64,000 nucleotides of DNA from an uncultured Pseudomonadales bacterium (GTDB lineage: Bacteria > Patescibacteriota > Microgenomatia > UBA1400 > UBA1396): assembly GCA_964603945.1 (NCBI GenBank), contig CAZRWP010000003.1:6830-70829 (forward strand), given 5' to 3'. The notes under the pieces are model-generated. The model did not search any database and was not told where the DNA came from. It saw only the letters and a list, made by a program, of their open reading frames with translations. The translations under genes were made by a program, and so were the position numbers. The stretch's first letter is position 1. Each line of letters begins with the position of its first letter. Shown in pieces: positions 20,161-30,398 of this stretch.

Positions 20161-20418
20161 ATGACAAATAAAACTATCTCTGAGCAAACAACTAATAAAG
20201 CTAATAAAACTAACAATTTCTTAAAACTATTTATTCGTGGCTATCGCCGGATTCGTCAATTAATTTTAGATCCACTACTCCACTCGGCTTTTGGCGCGGT
20301 GAGTCAATGCAAATATGATGAGAGTTGTTCTCATTACGCTGAGCGAATGTTGGGTGAGCATGCTACAATTCCGGCACTAGGAAAAATTGTGCGGCGTATC
20401 TGGAGTTGCCACAGCTAA
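20161..20418 (+). CDS. yidD: Membrane protein insertion efficiency factor YidD
   Basis: CKYDESCSHYA...RIWSCH; canonical position. Confidence 0.85.
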   Translation: MTNKTISEQTTNKANKTNNFLKLFIRGYRRIRQLILDPLLHSAFGAVSQCKYDESCSHYAERMLGEHATIPALGKIVRRIWSCHS

Positions 20419-20466
20419 TTCTTCTCTTCTCCAAGCGTCAAAAAGTCAGAAAGCGAGTTAACGCAT

Positions 20467-21570
20467 ATGAATATCATTACAGAACCTCTGGTATGGTTAT
20501 TATTTGAGCTGAATAACATTACGGGCAATATGGGATTAGCCATTATCGCCCTGACTTTAATGATTAGAGCCGCCCTACTCCCCCTGACTTTACCAGCAAT
20601 GAAGTCGCAAAATAAAATTCGCGAGCTTCAGCCTCAATTGAATGCTCTCAAGGGTAAATTTGGCGATGACAAAATAGCTTTAGCCCAAGCCCAGCAAGCG
20701 CTTTATAAGGAAAATAAGATTAATCCACTTAGTGGTTGTTTACCCTACTTACTGCAATTTGCGGTTTTAATTGCACTTTACCAGGTGTTAAGACAATTTT
20801 TGGGCGACGACGCCAATGGCTTAACTAACAACACTTACTTTTTGGGATTAGATCTAACTCAGCGCGACACAACTTATATTCTGCCTGTTTTAGCCGCTGG
20901 AACGCAGTTCTTACTCTCTATGATGATTATGCCTGGCGCCAATACCAGGAATATCATTCCTGATGAGAGTAAATCTAAAAAAGCCAGAAAAGCCAATGAA
21001 AAAGAAGAAAGCATGGCTGACATGGCTGGCATGATGCAAAAACAGATGATGTATGTAATGCCGGTTATGACCGGCGTATTTGCCGCCACCTTCCCAGCTG
21101 GATTAGCCGTTTACTGGGTGACAACTACTGTTTTTAGTGTTGTTCAGCAATACTTTATCAGTGGGCTAGGGGGTTTGGCCAAATATATTCCGGGTCATAA
21201 AGAAAAGGATTTCACCGTTGAAACATTGGAAGCTGTAGCTGAAGAAAACAAATTGGCTGATAAATCAAAGGATAAAGCTGAATCTAAAGTTAAATCTAAG
21301 TCAAAAACTAGTGGCAAAAGCAAATTATTTAAACTCCCTAAAAAGTCATCCGGCAAGAGTGAGGTTGAAGCAGATTTCGCCTCTGCCTTTATGAAGGTTG
21401 CTGATACTAGTTCAAAGGGCAGTGGTGTTAAAACTAAGACAGAATCAGCGGTTGAGGCTGAAATTGTTGAAAGAGCGCCAGTGAAAACAAAGCCAAAAAC
21501 CTCAACTAAATCAAAGAAAAAGACTGCTAGAAAAAGCAAGAAAAACAAGCGCAAGAACCGCAAGAAGTAA
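20467..21570 (+). CDS. yidC: Membrane protein insertase YidC/Oxa1 with long Lys-rich C-terminal tail
   Basis: GLAIIALT..IR, INPLSGCLP and PAGLAVYW. Confidence 0.95.
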   Translation: MNIITEPLVWLLFELNNITGNMGLAIIALTLMIRAALLPLTLPAMKSQNKIRELQPQLNALKGKFGDDKIALAQAQQALYKENKINPLSGCLPYLLQFAVLIALYQVLRQFLGDDANGLTNNTYFLGLDLTQRDTTYILPVLAAGTQFLLSMMIMPGANTRNIIPDESKSKKARKANEKEESMADMAGMMQKQMMYVMPVMTGVFAATFPAGLAVYWVTTTVFSVVQQYFISGLGGLAKYIPGHKEKDFTVETLEAVAEENKLADKSKDKAESKVKSKSKTSGKSKLFKLPKKSSGKSEVEADFASAFMKVADTSSKGSGVKTKTESAVEAEIVERAPVKTKPKTSTKSKKKTARKSKKNKRKNRKK

Positions 21571-21583
21571 GCAAAAGGAGTTT

Positions 21584-22042
21584 ATGACAGTACAGGAATA
21601 TACCGATCAACTATTAGATCTATTACGAATCCAGCCTGAAAAAGTCGAGATCGTTGAAGAAGAGGGATATATTTTTGTGATGGTTGACGTCATTGAAGAT
21701 GACGCTGGCAAAATGATTGGTAATAAAGGCGAAACTCTGTATTCACTTGGCCAGATAATGTCACTGACTTTTCAGGATCAGCTGGATGATAAGCGTATTG
21801 TGGTTGACGTTAATGACTACAAGGGCAAGCGAGAAGAGCGGGCAACCGAGATTGGTTATGAGGCCGCCGAGCGCGCGCGCCAAGAGCAGAGACCAATAGA
21901 TTTGCCACCGCTGGCGGCCTATGAGCGCCGCGTAATTCATCAGGCTTTATCTGAAGAAGAAGGCATTTTTACCCGCAGTGAAGGCGAGGGTAGAGACCGA
22001 CGCTTGGTAGTTTATCCAGACAGCTATAAGATAGACGCATGA
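21584..22042 (+). CDS. jag: Jag/KhpB KH-R3H RNA-binding protein (no Jag_N domain)
   Basis: MIGNKGETL, VDVNDY and ERRVIH (R3H). Confidence 0.9.
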   Translation: MTVQEYTDQLLDLLRIQPEKVEIVEEEGYIFVMVDVIEDDAGKMIGNKGETLYSLGQIMSLTFQDQLDDKRIVVDVNDYKGKREERATEIGYEAAERARQEQRPIDLPPLAAYERRVIHQALSEEEGIFTRSEGEGRDRRLVVYPDSYKIDA

Positions 22043-22455
22043 AGCTAATTATTCACACCGACGGCGGAAGTCGCGGCAATCCCGGACCAGGCGCCAGCGG
22101 ATTTGTATTTCTTGATGACAATGGAGATATTGTCTTAGATGACGGTGAATTTCTTGGTTCAACTACCAACAACGAAGCCGAATACAAAGCCTTGATTATG
22201 GCCCTGGAAACTCTGCTTACCTTTAATAATTTATCCAAGGTAGAAAGTCTAATTGTTAAACTAGATTCTAAATTGGTGGTGGAGCAGGTGCTTGGCAACT
22301 GGAAGGTTAAAGAGGAGAGATTGAAACCATTAGTGGACAAGGTAAGGTTATTGTTAGTTAAATTGCCGTTTCCTTATCAGTTGAAACATGTGCCGCGCGC
22401 TGAAAACCACCTGGCTGACGCAAAAGTTAATGAAATTCTTGATTCCGTAGAATAA
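22039..22455 (+). CDS. rnhA: Ribonuclease HI family protein
   Basis: TDGGSRGNPG, TNNEAEY, DSKLVV and N..AD. Confidence 0.93.
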   Translation: MKLIIHTDGGSRGNPGPGASGFVFLDDNGDIVLDDGEFLGSTTNNEAEYKALIMALETLLTFNNLSKVESLIVKLDSKLVVEQVLGNWKVKEERLKPLVDKVRLLLVKLPFPYQLKHVPRAENHLADAKVNEILDSVE

Positions 22456-22523
22456 ATGCTATTAAATTCTCGTTAAGCTAGAACAGCATATTGCATTTTA
22501 GGGCATAGAACGTGAAATAGTTA

Positions 22524-22552
22524 TTGACAATTCGGATTTTATTTGGTAGTAT
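22524..22552 (+). promoter_or_regulatory. Near-consensus sigma70 promoter
   Basis: TTGACA-17nt-TAGTAT. Confidence 0.6.
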
Positions 22553-22723
22553 TACAATTCGTTATTCAAAGACCCTTATCTGGACACATCGGGCAAAATT
22601 CTCCAAAAATTAACTAAAAAAAACTCAAAATGTTTTCACACAATGGTAATTGTTGTTTTTTAATGTTTTGAGGTTTTTAGGGCCTTGCTTAACAATTGTC
22701 CCCACAACCCCTACACTGTACCT

Positions 22724-25351
22724 ATGCGCCGCTACTTAGTGCAGGTAGTGGATGAAGAAGATTCTGCCAACGAGTCTTCTAAGTCCGGTGAAACGAAGAT
22801 ATTCAGTCCACAGCCTGTTCAATCTGCCCAGCCGGTGTCATCTGACACATCTAGCTCGTCCGGAAACAAGACTTCCCCGAGGCGATTTGTGGTAGAAACT
22901 GTCCGAGATAAACCACCTGAGCCAGCGCGGCCTAAACCGCCTCAAGTTAAATATCGGGTGGAGACGGAACAGGCGCCGGCGATTACGCAAGAAATCAATT
23001 CCAGATCCAAATCTAAATCTAAATCATTGGAAAATAATCTGAGTGATGAAAGTCGAGTAGTAGCTGATAAGTCACCTCAAATAGGCCCGCCATTCCCAAG
23101 CACACATCCATCTGATTTACCACCTACTGACTCACCAAATGCTGATTCACCAAATACTGATTCGCCACCTAATGATTTACCGCCCACTGATTTACCACTT
23201 ACTAAAACGCCCGCCTCAGCTTCCAAACCCAAACAATCTCCATCCCCAGTCTCTGAGCCACCAGATTATTGGGAGTCGCGTCAGTCGGCGCTTAATAAAC
23301 TTTGGCGTCAAGACAGGATTCGGGGGCTACCCGAGTCGCCAGCGGTTAAGAGGCCACGGCATGAAAGAGAAAATGATGTTAAACAAAGTTTCAAAAAGAT
23401 CTCGCCGTCTAAGGCCATAAAATTGCAAAATGTTGAGCGTATTGAAAGGTTCTACCAAAATAGGGTAAAGCCAGCTGTTTTAAAGGCCTCAGCGCCTTCA
23501 AAGCCTGCTTTATGGCAAAGGCATCGTTGGTTGATTGGACTAAGTGCGGCGGTAATTTTTATTGGCGGTTCAATTTGGTTGTCAGTGATGGCTGTTAAAG
23601 CTGAAGTTTCCACGGTGACGGTTCAGGTTGAGTCATTGGCTGAGGATCTACGCCAGAATCGCCTTGTTTCAGCCAATGAGCGATATCAGATTCTTGATAA
23701 AAAGCTGGATCAGTATCAGCAAATTTACCGATTTATTAGACCGGCAGTAGCGGTGACTCAGGGATCAGAAAAAACGACTCACATTGATCGCCTACTCGAG
23801 GTTTCCGATCAGTCGCTGGAGATTGTTAACTCTGGCCTGGTTTTGTACGCCGATTTGGATCGCGGTTATCGTCAGTTTGTTGGCGAGGCCGAAGGCGAGA
23901 GTGTGGAAACCTTCACCCATTTGTCTGGTCAATTTGAGGGTTTGTTTACCCAGTTAGCCAAACTGCAGACCGAGCTATCTCAGCTAGGAAATCCGTATGA
24001 ATTGGAATTGTTATCTAAATTAGATCATCAGATAAAACAAGAGTTGCCAGATTTGCGTAAAAGCGTATTAACTGCTCAAAAAGTTAGTATGGTTTTACCG
24101 GAGTTATTGGGTGAGGACTCAACTAAAACCTATTTAGTTTTATTGCAAAACAACGCTGAGCTGAGACCGACCGGCGGCTTTATCGGCTCTTTTGCCTTGC
24201 TCACGATTAAGGATGGAAAACTACTTGATTTTAAGGTTGAGGATGTCTACGAAGCAGATGGTCAATTAAATGGATTTGTGACACCGCCAGAGGAAATTGT
24301 TCAATATTTGGGTGAAGAGCAGTGGTTTTTACGCGACGTCAACTGGAGTCCGGACTTTCCAACAGTGGCTCAGCGCGCCAGCTGGTTTTTGGACAAATCC
24401 ATAGGTGTTGAAGTTGATGGGGTAGTGGCAATTAATTTAAATGTGGCTCAAAGGTTGATGGAGGTGACGGGGCCGCTTCAGGTGGTAGATTACAACGAGG
24501 TCATCACGGCTGATAACTTGTATGAGCAGGCACAAAAACACTCCGAGATTAATTTTTTCCCAGGTTCCAATGGTAAAAAAGACTTTTTAAGTGCGGTTTC
24601 AACTCAGATTCTAAACCAGGTGTTTTATGGTGATACTAATAAAATTAAGCTGGTACAGGCGCTGGTTGATTCAGCAGAATCAGCCGAGTTATTTTTGAGT
24701 TTTTCCCAAGCTGATCTAGAAGAAACCTTTTCAACCCTGGGCTGGAACGGAGAATTGCGCACACCAGCCTGTCCGGCCGTCTTTAGTCCAGAAAATTGTT
24801 TTGTTGACACCGTTATGCAAGTTGAGGCGAATGTTGGCGTGAATAAAGCTAATCAGTTTGTTAGTCGGACGATAGATCATCAGGTTGAAATCTTGGGCGA
24901 CCGCGCCAGGCATACCCGCACCATTAGTCTGCAAAATTCTTCCCAGAGCGAAGCCTGGCCGGCGGGCAAGTACAAAACTTACTTGAGGCTTTATGTAAGT
25001 CGGGGGGGCGAATTGCGGTCATTATCAGTTGGTGGCCAGCCGGTGAACTTGCAGACGGTTAGATCCTTTGAGGAAGAGGGTAAACAGGTGTTTGGTCATT
25101 ACGTAGAAGTTCCAATTAAAGGTGAGGTAGTAGTTACCGCTTTTTATGAAGTGCCACTTTCACCTCAACTAAAAACCTATGCCTTATTTGAACAAAAGCA
25201 GTCCGGCACATCTGGCGATGAGGTGGTTCATGTGATTGATGTGGGTGAGCGATCGGTTAGCACGGTGGCGCCGGAACCACAAATTGATAACCGTCAGCTA
25301 AGGTTTAGCTCAGATCACTCAGCTCACCAGTTCATTGGGGTTGAGTTTTAA
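22724..25351 (+). CDS. DUF4012-domain membrane-anchored protein with long disordered Pro/Ser-rich N-terminus
   Basis: YLVLLQNNAELRPTGGFIGS, LRDVNWSPDFP and DGVVAIN; one TM helix; 15-nt tandem repeats (PPTDS-type) at ~23110-23200. Confidence 0.85.
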   Translation: MRRYLVQVVDEEDSANESSKSGETKIFSPQPVQSAQPVSSDTSSSSGNKTSPRRFVVETVRDKPPEPARPKPPQVKYRVETEQAPAITQEINSRSKSKSKSLENNLSDESRVVADKSPQIGPPFPSTHPSDLPPTDSPNADSPNTDSPPNDLPPTDLPLTKTPASASKPKQSPSPVSEPPDYWESRQSALNKLWRQDRIRGLPESPAVKRPRHERENDVKQSFKKISPSKAIKLQNVERIERFYQNRVKPAVLKASAPSKPALWQRHRWLIGLSAAVIFIGGSIWLSVMAVKAEVSTVTVQVESLAEDLRQNRLVSANERYQILDKKLDQYQQIYRFIRPAVAVTQGSEKTTHIDRLLEVSDQSLEIVNSGLVLYADLDRGYRQFVGEAEGESVETFTHLSGQFEGLFTQLAKLQTELSQLGNPYELELLSKLDHQIKQELPDLRKSVLTAQKVSMVLPELLGEDSTKTYLVLLQNNAELRPTGGFIGSFALLTIKDGKLLDFKVEDVYEADGQLNGFVTPPEEIVQYLGEEQWFLRDVNWSPDFPTVAQRASWFLDKSIGVEVDGVVAINLNVAQRLMEVTGPLQVVDYNEVITADNLYEQAQKHSEINFFPGSNGKKDFLSAVSTQILNQVFYGDTNKIKLVQALVDSAESAELFLSFSQADLEETFSTLGWNGELRTPACPAVFSPENCFVDTVMQVEANVGVNKANQFVSRTIDHQVEILGDRARHTRTISLQNSSQSEAWPAGKYKTYLRLYVSRGGELRSLSVGGQPVNLQTVRSFEEEGKQVFGHYVEVPIKGEVVVTAFYEVPLSPQLKTYALFEQKQSGTSGDEVVHVIDVGERSVSTVAPEPQIDNRQLRFSSDHSAHQFIGVEF

Positions 25352-25532
25352 TTTCTCTGTTTGAAGTTAGAGATCGTTTTTTATTTAGAGTTTTTTTGTC
25401 ATTGATTTTAGTGGCGACTTGGTCAACTTGCTTATAGGTTTAAATAATCAAAGTTTTCAGTCTCAATTTTTAAAAATTAATAACAACTCGAAATTCAAAA
25501 TTTAAAGTCGCGCTGGCGTTTATCTTGAAAAA

Positions 25533-27899
25533 CTATGAATTTTTAGGCCACGCCGATAAAGCTAATGACTCATCACCTGGCCGTAAATATTGCCAAACTG
25601 CTTCGGTTACAAACGGCATAAAAGGGTGGAGAAGTTGTAAGCAGGTCAGATAAATTTTGGTTATGACAGCTAAATAAACATGTTTGTCGGTGCGGTTTTT
25701 GTTTTCTTCTAGATAGGTGTTGGCTAATTCATTCCAGATGAAATCATACAAACCAAGGGCGGCGTCGCTAAAGCGGAAAGCTTCAAGGAATTCGGTGGTT
25801 TGGGCAATAATCTCATTGAGTCTGCTTAAAATTTGCTGATCTGATTCCGGTAGTTCAACCGCTGATTGTTCATTAATTTCAAATAGCGACTCGTTGAGTT
25901 CAGCTGTCTGAAGGTCAATAAATCGACCGATATTCCAGATCTTATTAGCAAAGTTGCGATAGCCTTTTACCTTAGGTTCACTCAAAGCAATGGGGTTTCC
26001 TGGTGCCGAGCTAGCCACCATCGAAATACGTAGGGCATCGGCTCCATATTTGTCGACCAATTCCAAAGGATTAATAACATTACCCTTGGATTTGCTCATT
26101 TTGGCGCCTTTAGCGTCGGTCACCATGGAGTGCAGATAAACCGTTTTAAATGGAGCTATGCCATTAGGATTGGTGGTGGAGCGGGTGAGGTATTTGCTCA
26201 GCATAATCATGCGGGCAATCCAGAAAAACAGAATATCCCACATGCTGTCGAGTACTGAGGTAGGGTAGAAAGTTTTGAAGTCGTCGCCATCTGGAAAGTT
26301 GGTTGTAAGTAGCGGCCACTGGCCACTGCTAAACCAGGTATCAAAGGTATCGGTTTCTTGTAGATAATTATCACCCGGCTGAGTTTTACTGACTGTGTAA
26401 TCGGCTGTCATGGGCGCGGTTAGTGACTGTAATCCTTGGGAAATTTCCTCGATGGTAAAACCTTGTTCCAAGGCTTGACCGGTCAGTAAGTTTTGCCGCT
26501 CACCGTTTTTGTCTAAAAAGGAAACAAAGATATCTGAGTGTTTAGTAATGTCATACCAAACTGGCAAGCGAATTCCCCAAACAATCTGGCGGGAAATTGG
26601 CCAGTCGCGGATATTGTTGAGCCAATCAAAATACTGTTTATTAAAGCGTTTAGGAATAAGGTTGACTTCGCCGTCATTGACGGCTTGTTTGCCCAATTCG
26701 GCTAGCTCGTCCATGTGCAGGAACCAGTTGGGATAGGGTAATGGCTCAATTGGGTGGTCGCCTTTATAACTGACCGCAACGCGATTTTGATAGTTTTCAT
26801 CAATTTTAGTAATGGCATTTTCTGCCTGCAGTAATTGAACCACGGCTGGACGGCCATGAAAAACGCTCAGGCCGTGGAATTGCTCGCGGAGCTCGTTGGC
26901 GCGGCTTTTTAACGGTTCAGTTTCTGGCCGCCACCAATCCAGCGTAATTTTGCCAAAAGTATCGATAGTAGAGTGGATGGGTAGGTCGTGGCGTCGGCCA
27001 ATTGCGAAATCCGCGTGGTCATGAGCGGGTGTAATTTTTAGCAGACCGGTGCCAAATTCGGGATCAACATCAGGGTCTGTGATAACTGGAATCGGAGCGC
27101 GAGTTAGGGGATTGAGAACGTATTCGCCAGCTAGTGATTGCGCACGTGGGTCGTCAGGATGAATAGCCAAAGCCACGTCAGCAAAAATAGTTTCCGGGCG
27201 GACGGTAGCGATCTCCAAATAGGGAATTTCTTGGCCATTAATGACGCGCGGCTCACCATCGCTAAATAAATAGCGGACATAGTAGAGCGGAGTAGTTTGT
27301 TCTTTATAAACTACTTCTAAATCGGCAAAAGTTGTACCAAGCTTAGGGCAATAATTGACGATGTAATTGTCGCGGTAAACTTTACCCTCATTTTCCAGTT
27401 TGATAAATGTGTCAAGGACGGTATCAACTACTTTTGGATCCAATGAGTAAGTTGTGCGGCTCCAGTCAGCGGAAAAACCCAGGCGTTTCATCTGTTCAAG
27501 CATTTGACCGGAGTTGTCTTTAACAAATTCAGCAATATCTTGATACAGCGTCTCGCGATCAAACTGAAAACGCGACTTTCCCTGCTTTTTTAAATGATTT
27601 TCATAAACGTACTGCGATTCAAAACCGGCGTGATCCAGACCTGGAAACCAAACGGTGGGGTGACCCTGCATGCGTTTAAAACGGATAAGGATGTCCTCAA
27701 CCACGTACATGGCATGACCGACGTGTAATGAAGCATTGGCGTTGGGGGGTGGCATCAAAATAGAGAAGGGTTCTTTGTCTTGATTAGTATTAGCTGGATG
27801 ATTAAAACGAGGTTTACCCAGTTCTAATTCATCCCATTTTTGCCGGATATCGGCTTCGGCTGATTGGTGTTGAAAGGCTTTGGGAAGGGCGGAGGACAT
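25533..27899 (-). CDS. valS: Valine--tRNA ligase (lacks the C-terminal coiled-coil arm)
   Basis: PPPNA..LHVGH, DWPISRQIVWG, DTWFSS and KMSKSKGN. Confidence 0.96.
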   Translation of the reverse strand: MSSALPKAFQHQSAEADIRQKWDELELGKPRFNHPANTNQDKEPFSILMPPPNANASLHVGHAMYVVEDILIRFKRMQGHPTVWFPGLDHAGFESQYVYENHLKKQGKSRFQFDRETLYQDIAEFVKDNSGQMLEQMKRLGFSADWSRTTYSLDPKVVDTVLDTFIKLENEGKVYRDNYIVNYCPKLGTTFADLEVVYKEQTTPLYYVRYLFSDGEPRVINGQEIPYLEIATVRPETIFADVALAIHPDDPRAQSLAGEYVLNPLTRAPIPVITDPDVDPEFGTGLLKITPAHDHADFAIGRRHDLPIHSTIDTFGKITLDWWRPETEPLKSRANELREQFHGLSVFHGRPAVVQLLQAENAITKIDENYQNRVAVSYKGDHPIEPLPYPNWFLHMDELAELGKQAVNDGEVNLIPKRFNKQYFDWLNNIRDWPISRQIVWGIRLPVWYDITKHSDIFVSFLDKNGERQNLLTGQALEQGFTIEEISQGLQSLTAPMTADYTVSKTQPGDNYLQETDTFDTWFSSGQWPLLTTNFPDGDDFKTFYPTSVLDSMWDILFFWIARMIMLSKYLTRSTTNPNGIAPFKTVYLHSMVTDAKGAKMSKSKGNVINPLELVDKYGADALRISMVASSAPGNPIALSEPKVKGYRNFANKIWNIGRFIDLQTAELNESLFEINEQSAVELPESDQQILSRLNEIIAQTTEFLEAFRFSDAALGLYDFIWNELANTYLEENKNRTDKHVYLAVITKIYLTCLQLLHPFMPFVTEAVWQYLRPGDESLALSAWPKNS

Positions 27900-27916
27900 G
27901 ATGGGTGGAATCTAAG

Positions 27917-28291
27917 TTATTGTTGTTTGGCGGACTTCACTTGACTATTAATGCTATTTTGTGGGTATAAGTGGGCTTCTCGCTGTAGAGCTAGGACAGC
28001 TTCTTGAATTTTTTTAATAGTATCCTTGTCAATTTTTTCTGCTACAACCGGACTGCCCAAATAGTCATTTAGCTGTCTAGCGAAGTGTGCAGGGGAGGTG
28101 GTGAGTTTTCCATCGGATGCCAGGAGTAAGTCCTGGACGTAGCCTTTTATTTGCAGAGATATGTTTTTAGGAAGGCTGTCTAGTTGTTTAAATAAACCAC
28201 CCAATCGCGTGTCTTCTTGTTTAGTTTCAAGGCTTCCATAGATAATTTTATCTAATTGATGCCTAGTATCCTCTGTTATTGGCTTTGCCAT
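27917..28291 (-). CDS. Hypothetical protein
   Basis: 124-aa ORF directly upstream of valS on the same strand. Confidence 0.6.
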   Translation of the reverse strand: MAKPITEDTRHQLDKIIYGSLETKQEDTRLGGLFKQLDSLPKNISLQIKGYVQDLLLASDGKLTTSPAHFARQLNDYLGSPVVAEKIDKDTIKKIQEAVLALQREAHLYPQNSINSQVKSAKQQ

Positions 28292-28453
28292 ATCTATTCC
28301 CGCACTTTCCTGGCGCTATTTCGGAAGAGTATATAAAACTGCATCAAATTGTCTCAAGTTCAGCGGAGAAATTAACCGCCAGTTACAGCTTTTTGTCTCT
28401 TTCGGCTTTTCTGAGCCTTGTCGCCATAGCCTATTATACGGTAGTTTGAACCT

Positions 28454-29044
28454 GTGCGTCATGTCTTTCTCGATGTCGAGACTCAGAAATCATTTGAAGA
28501 AGTAGGAGGCTTTCTACCTCAGGAGCTGAAGGTGAGTTTTGTTGGCATTTGCGTGCGTGATGGTTTTACTGGACCCGGAGAATTTCAAGGATATTTTGAA
28601 AAAGATCTGCCAAAACTATGGCCAATCTTGGAAACCGCCGATGTAATTGTGGGTTACAACATTCTGGGCTTTGATAACGAGGCTTTGCGTCCATATTACT
28701 CAGGTAATCCGGACAACTGGAACGTTTTGGATTTAATGCTTAGGTTCAAGGAATCTACAGGGCACCGCATTAAGCTCGACGCGATTGCTCAAGAAACACT
28801 TGGTTTGGGGAAGATTGGCAACGGTTTACAAGCGATTGAGTATTATCGCCGCGGCCAATTTAGAGAGTTGGCCCGCTATTGTCTGCATGACGTGGCAATT
28901 ACCAGAGATATTTATGATTATGGACGTCAGCATAGACAGGTGAAGTATGTCAATAAATGGAACCGGAAAATTGAAGCTGAGGTAGATTTTTCTTATACGC
29001 CAGAGAATGCAGGTGGTGTTCAAATGACCTTAATGGGAGCTTAA
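28454..29044 (+). CDS. RNase H-like (DEDD/YprB-type) 3'-5' exonuclease domain protein
   Basis: FLDVET, GYN...FD and YCLHDV. Confidence 0.85.
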   Translation: MRHVFLDVETQKSFEEVGGFLPQELKVSFVGICVRDGFTGPGEFQGYFEKDLPKLWPILETADVIVGYNILGFDNEALRPYYSGNPDNWNVLDLMLRFKESTGHRIKLDAIAQETLGLGKIGNGLQAIEYYRRGQFRELARYCLHDVAITRDIYDYGRQHRQVKYVNKWNRKIEAEVDFSYTPENAGGVQMTLMGA

Positions 29045-29114
29045 GATTACGCGGCGGGGACCAAATTTTATTGTGTGGAGACCTGATTTCACTCTGGCGT
29101 GCTACAATTTCTTT

Positions 29115-30125
29115 ATGTCACCTACGATTTTTAGCGCCTCTGATGTTCAGCAAAAATCCAGACGGCGCGAACTAGAAGAAGAACTTAAAAAAATTACCCA
29201 AGCAAACAAAAATAATGGCGAAGATTTAAGTCAGTCAGCGGAGCGAACCGCAGAGCATCCAACAGGCGAATCCACAAATGTTTCGGCGAAACAGTCAACT
29301 TTAGATTCAGAAGAAAAACCAATCAGAAATCCATATCTTGAAGAAAGTAGACAAGAAGAACCAACGCTCGACGACAATCCCTTTACCGATACAACAGAAG
29401 TTTCAGCTGAGGTGACACCAAATAAGTTGGGCTCATCCGTGGCGTCTGCCTCAAAAACTGAAGATTCTCAATCCGCCCCCAGCCCAGAGGAACCATCGGT
29501 AGAGCCCATAAAATCAAATGAGCCCGAAGACTATAGCGACGTAATGCGTAATGAAAAACCTACCACCAACCCGCTGGCGTCGTTTGTGGTCCGGCCCCCA
29601 GGTGTTAGTTTTGTAAATCAGCATTCAAAAGAAAAGATTTTACTGGTTTTGCGTCAGCATCCGATTGTAAATTTCAAGTGGGTTGTTATCTCAGTATTCC
29701 TGATTTTAGCGCCATTTTTAGTTTTTCCTTTACTGCCCCTATTTGACTTTTTGGCCAGCGAATTTAAGTTTTTTACTATGGTTGGCTGGTACCTTTTGGT
29801 CTCGGCTTATGTGATTGAACATCTTTTATATTGGTATTACAACATTTATTTGATAACCGATGAACGGATAATCGATATTGATTTTATTTCATTAATTTAT
29901 CGCCGAGTTTCTGAGGCTAAAATCGACAAAATTGAGGATGTAACATCCGCAACCACAGGCTTGTTTGCTGGCATTTTTAATTATGGAAACGTGACAATTC
30001 AGACCGCAGCCGAAAAGCGCGAGTTCGAATTTTTAGCCGTGCCTCAGCCAGAAAAAGTTACAAGACTCCTTAATGAACTTGTTTTAGAAGAAGAGCGCGA
30101 GAAAAATGAAGGGAGGGTAATGTGA
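29115..30125 (+). CDS. Membrane protein with bacterial PH domain and disordered N-terminus
   Basis: LRQHP, two TM helices, YLITDERIIDIDF and FNYGNVTIQTA. Confidence 0.8.
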   Translation: MSPTIFSASDVQQKSRRRELEEELKKITQANKNNGEDLSQSAERTAEHPTGESTNVSAKQSTLDSEEKPIRNPYLEESRQEEPTLDDNPFTDTTEVSAEVTPNKLGSSVASASKTEDSQSAPSPEEPSVEPIKSNEPEDYSDVMRNEKPTTNPLASFVVRPPGVSFVNQHSKEKILLVLRQHPIVNFKWVVISVFLILAPFLVFPLLPLFDFLASEFKFFTMVGWYLLVSAYVIEHLLYWYYNIYLITDERIIDIDFISLIYRRVSEAKIDKIEDVTSATTGLFAGIFNYGNVTIQTAAEKREFEFLAVPQPEKVTRLLNELVLEEEREKNEGRVM

Positions 30126-30379
30126 ACGGAAACGGCCTCTTACCCGATTTGAATTTATTTTCTCCCGCCGGCGCCAGCTCAATCCTGGAAATGTTTTTAA
30201 AAGTGCTATTTATATCCGCCTTTTTTATTTTCATGGTTTTTTCTTTTATGGTGATACGCCAGACAGTTTTGATGGAAAAAACTTATAAAACAACCCTGGG
30301 ACCGATGATAAAACTATTTGCCGTTGCTTATTTTTTAGTGTCGGTTGGAATATTTGCCTTAGTCATCATTATTTTGTAA
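30122..30379 (+). CDS. Small two-TM membrane protein (DUF5657-like)
   Basis: 85 aa, two hydrophobic helices, FSFMVIRQ..LM; overlaps the preceding stop codon. Confidence 0.6.
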   Translation: MNGNGLLPDLNLFSPAGASSILEMFLKVLFISAFFIFMVFSFMVIRQTVLMEKTYKTTLGPMIKLFAVAYFLVSVGIFALVIIIL

Positions 30380-30398
30380 TGGTTCACAAAAAATTGCT

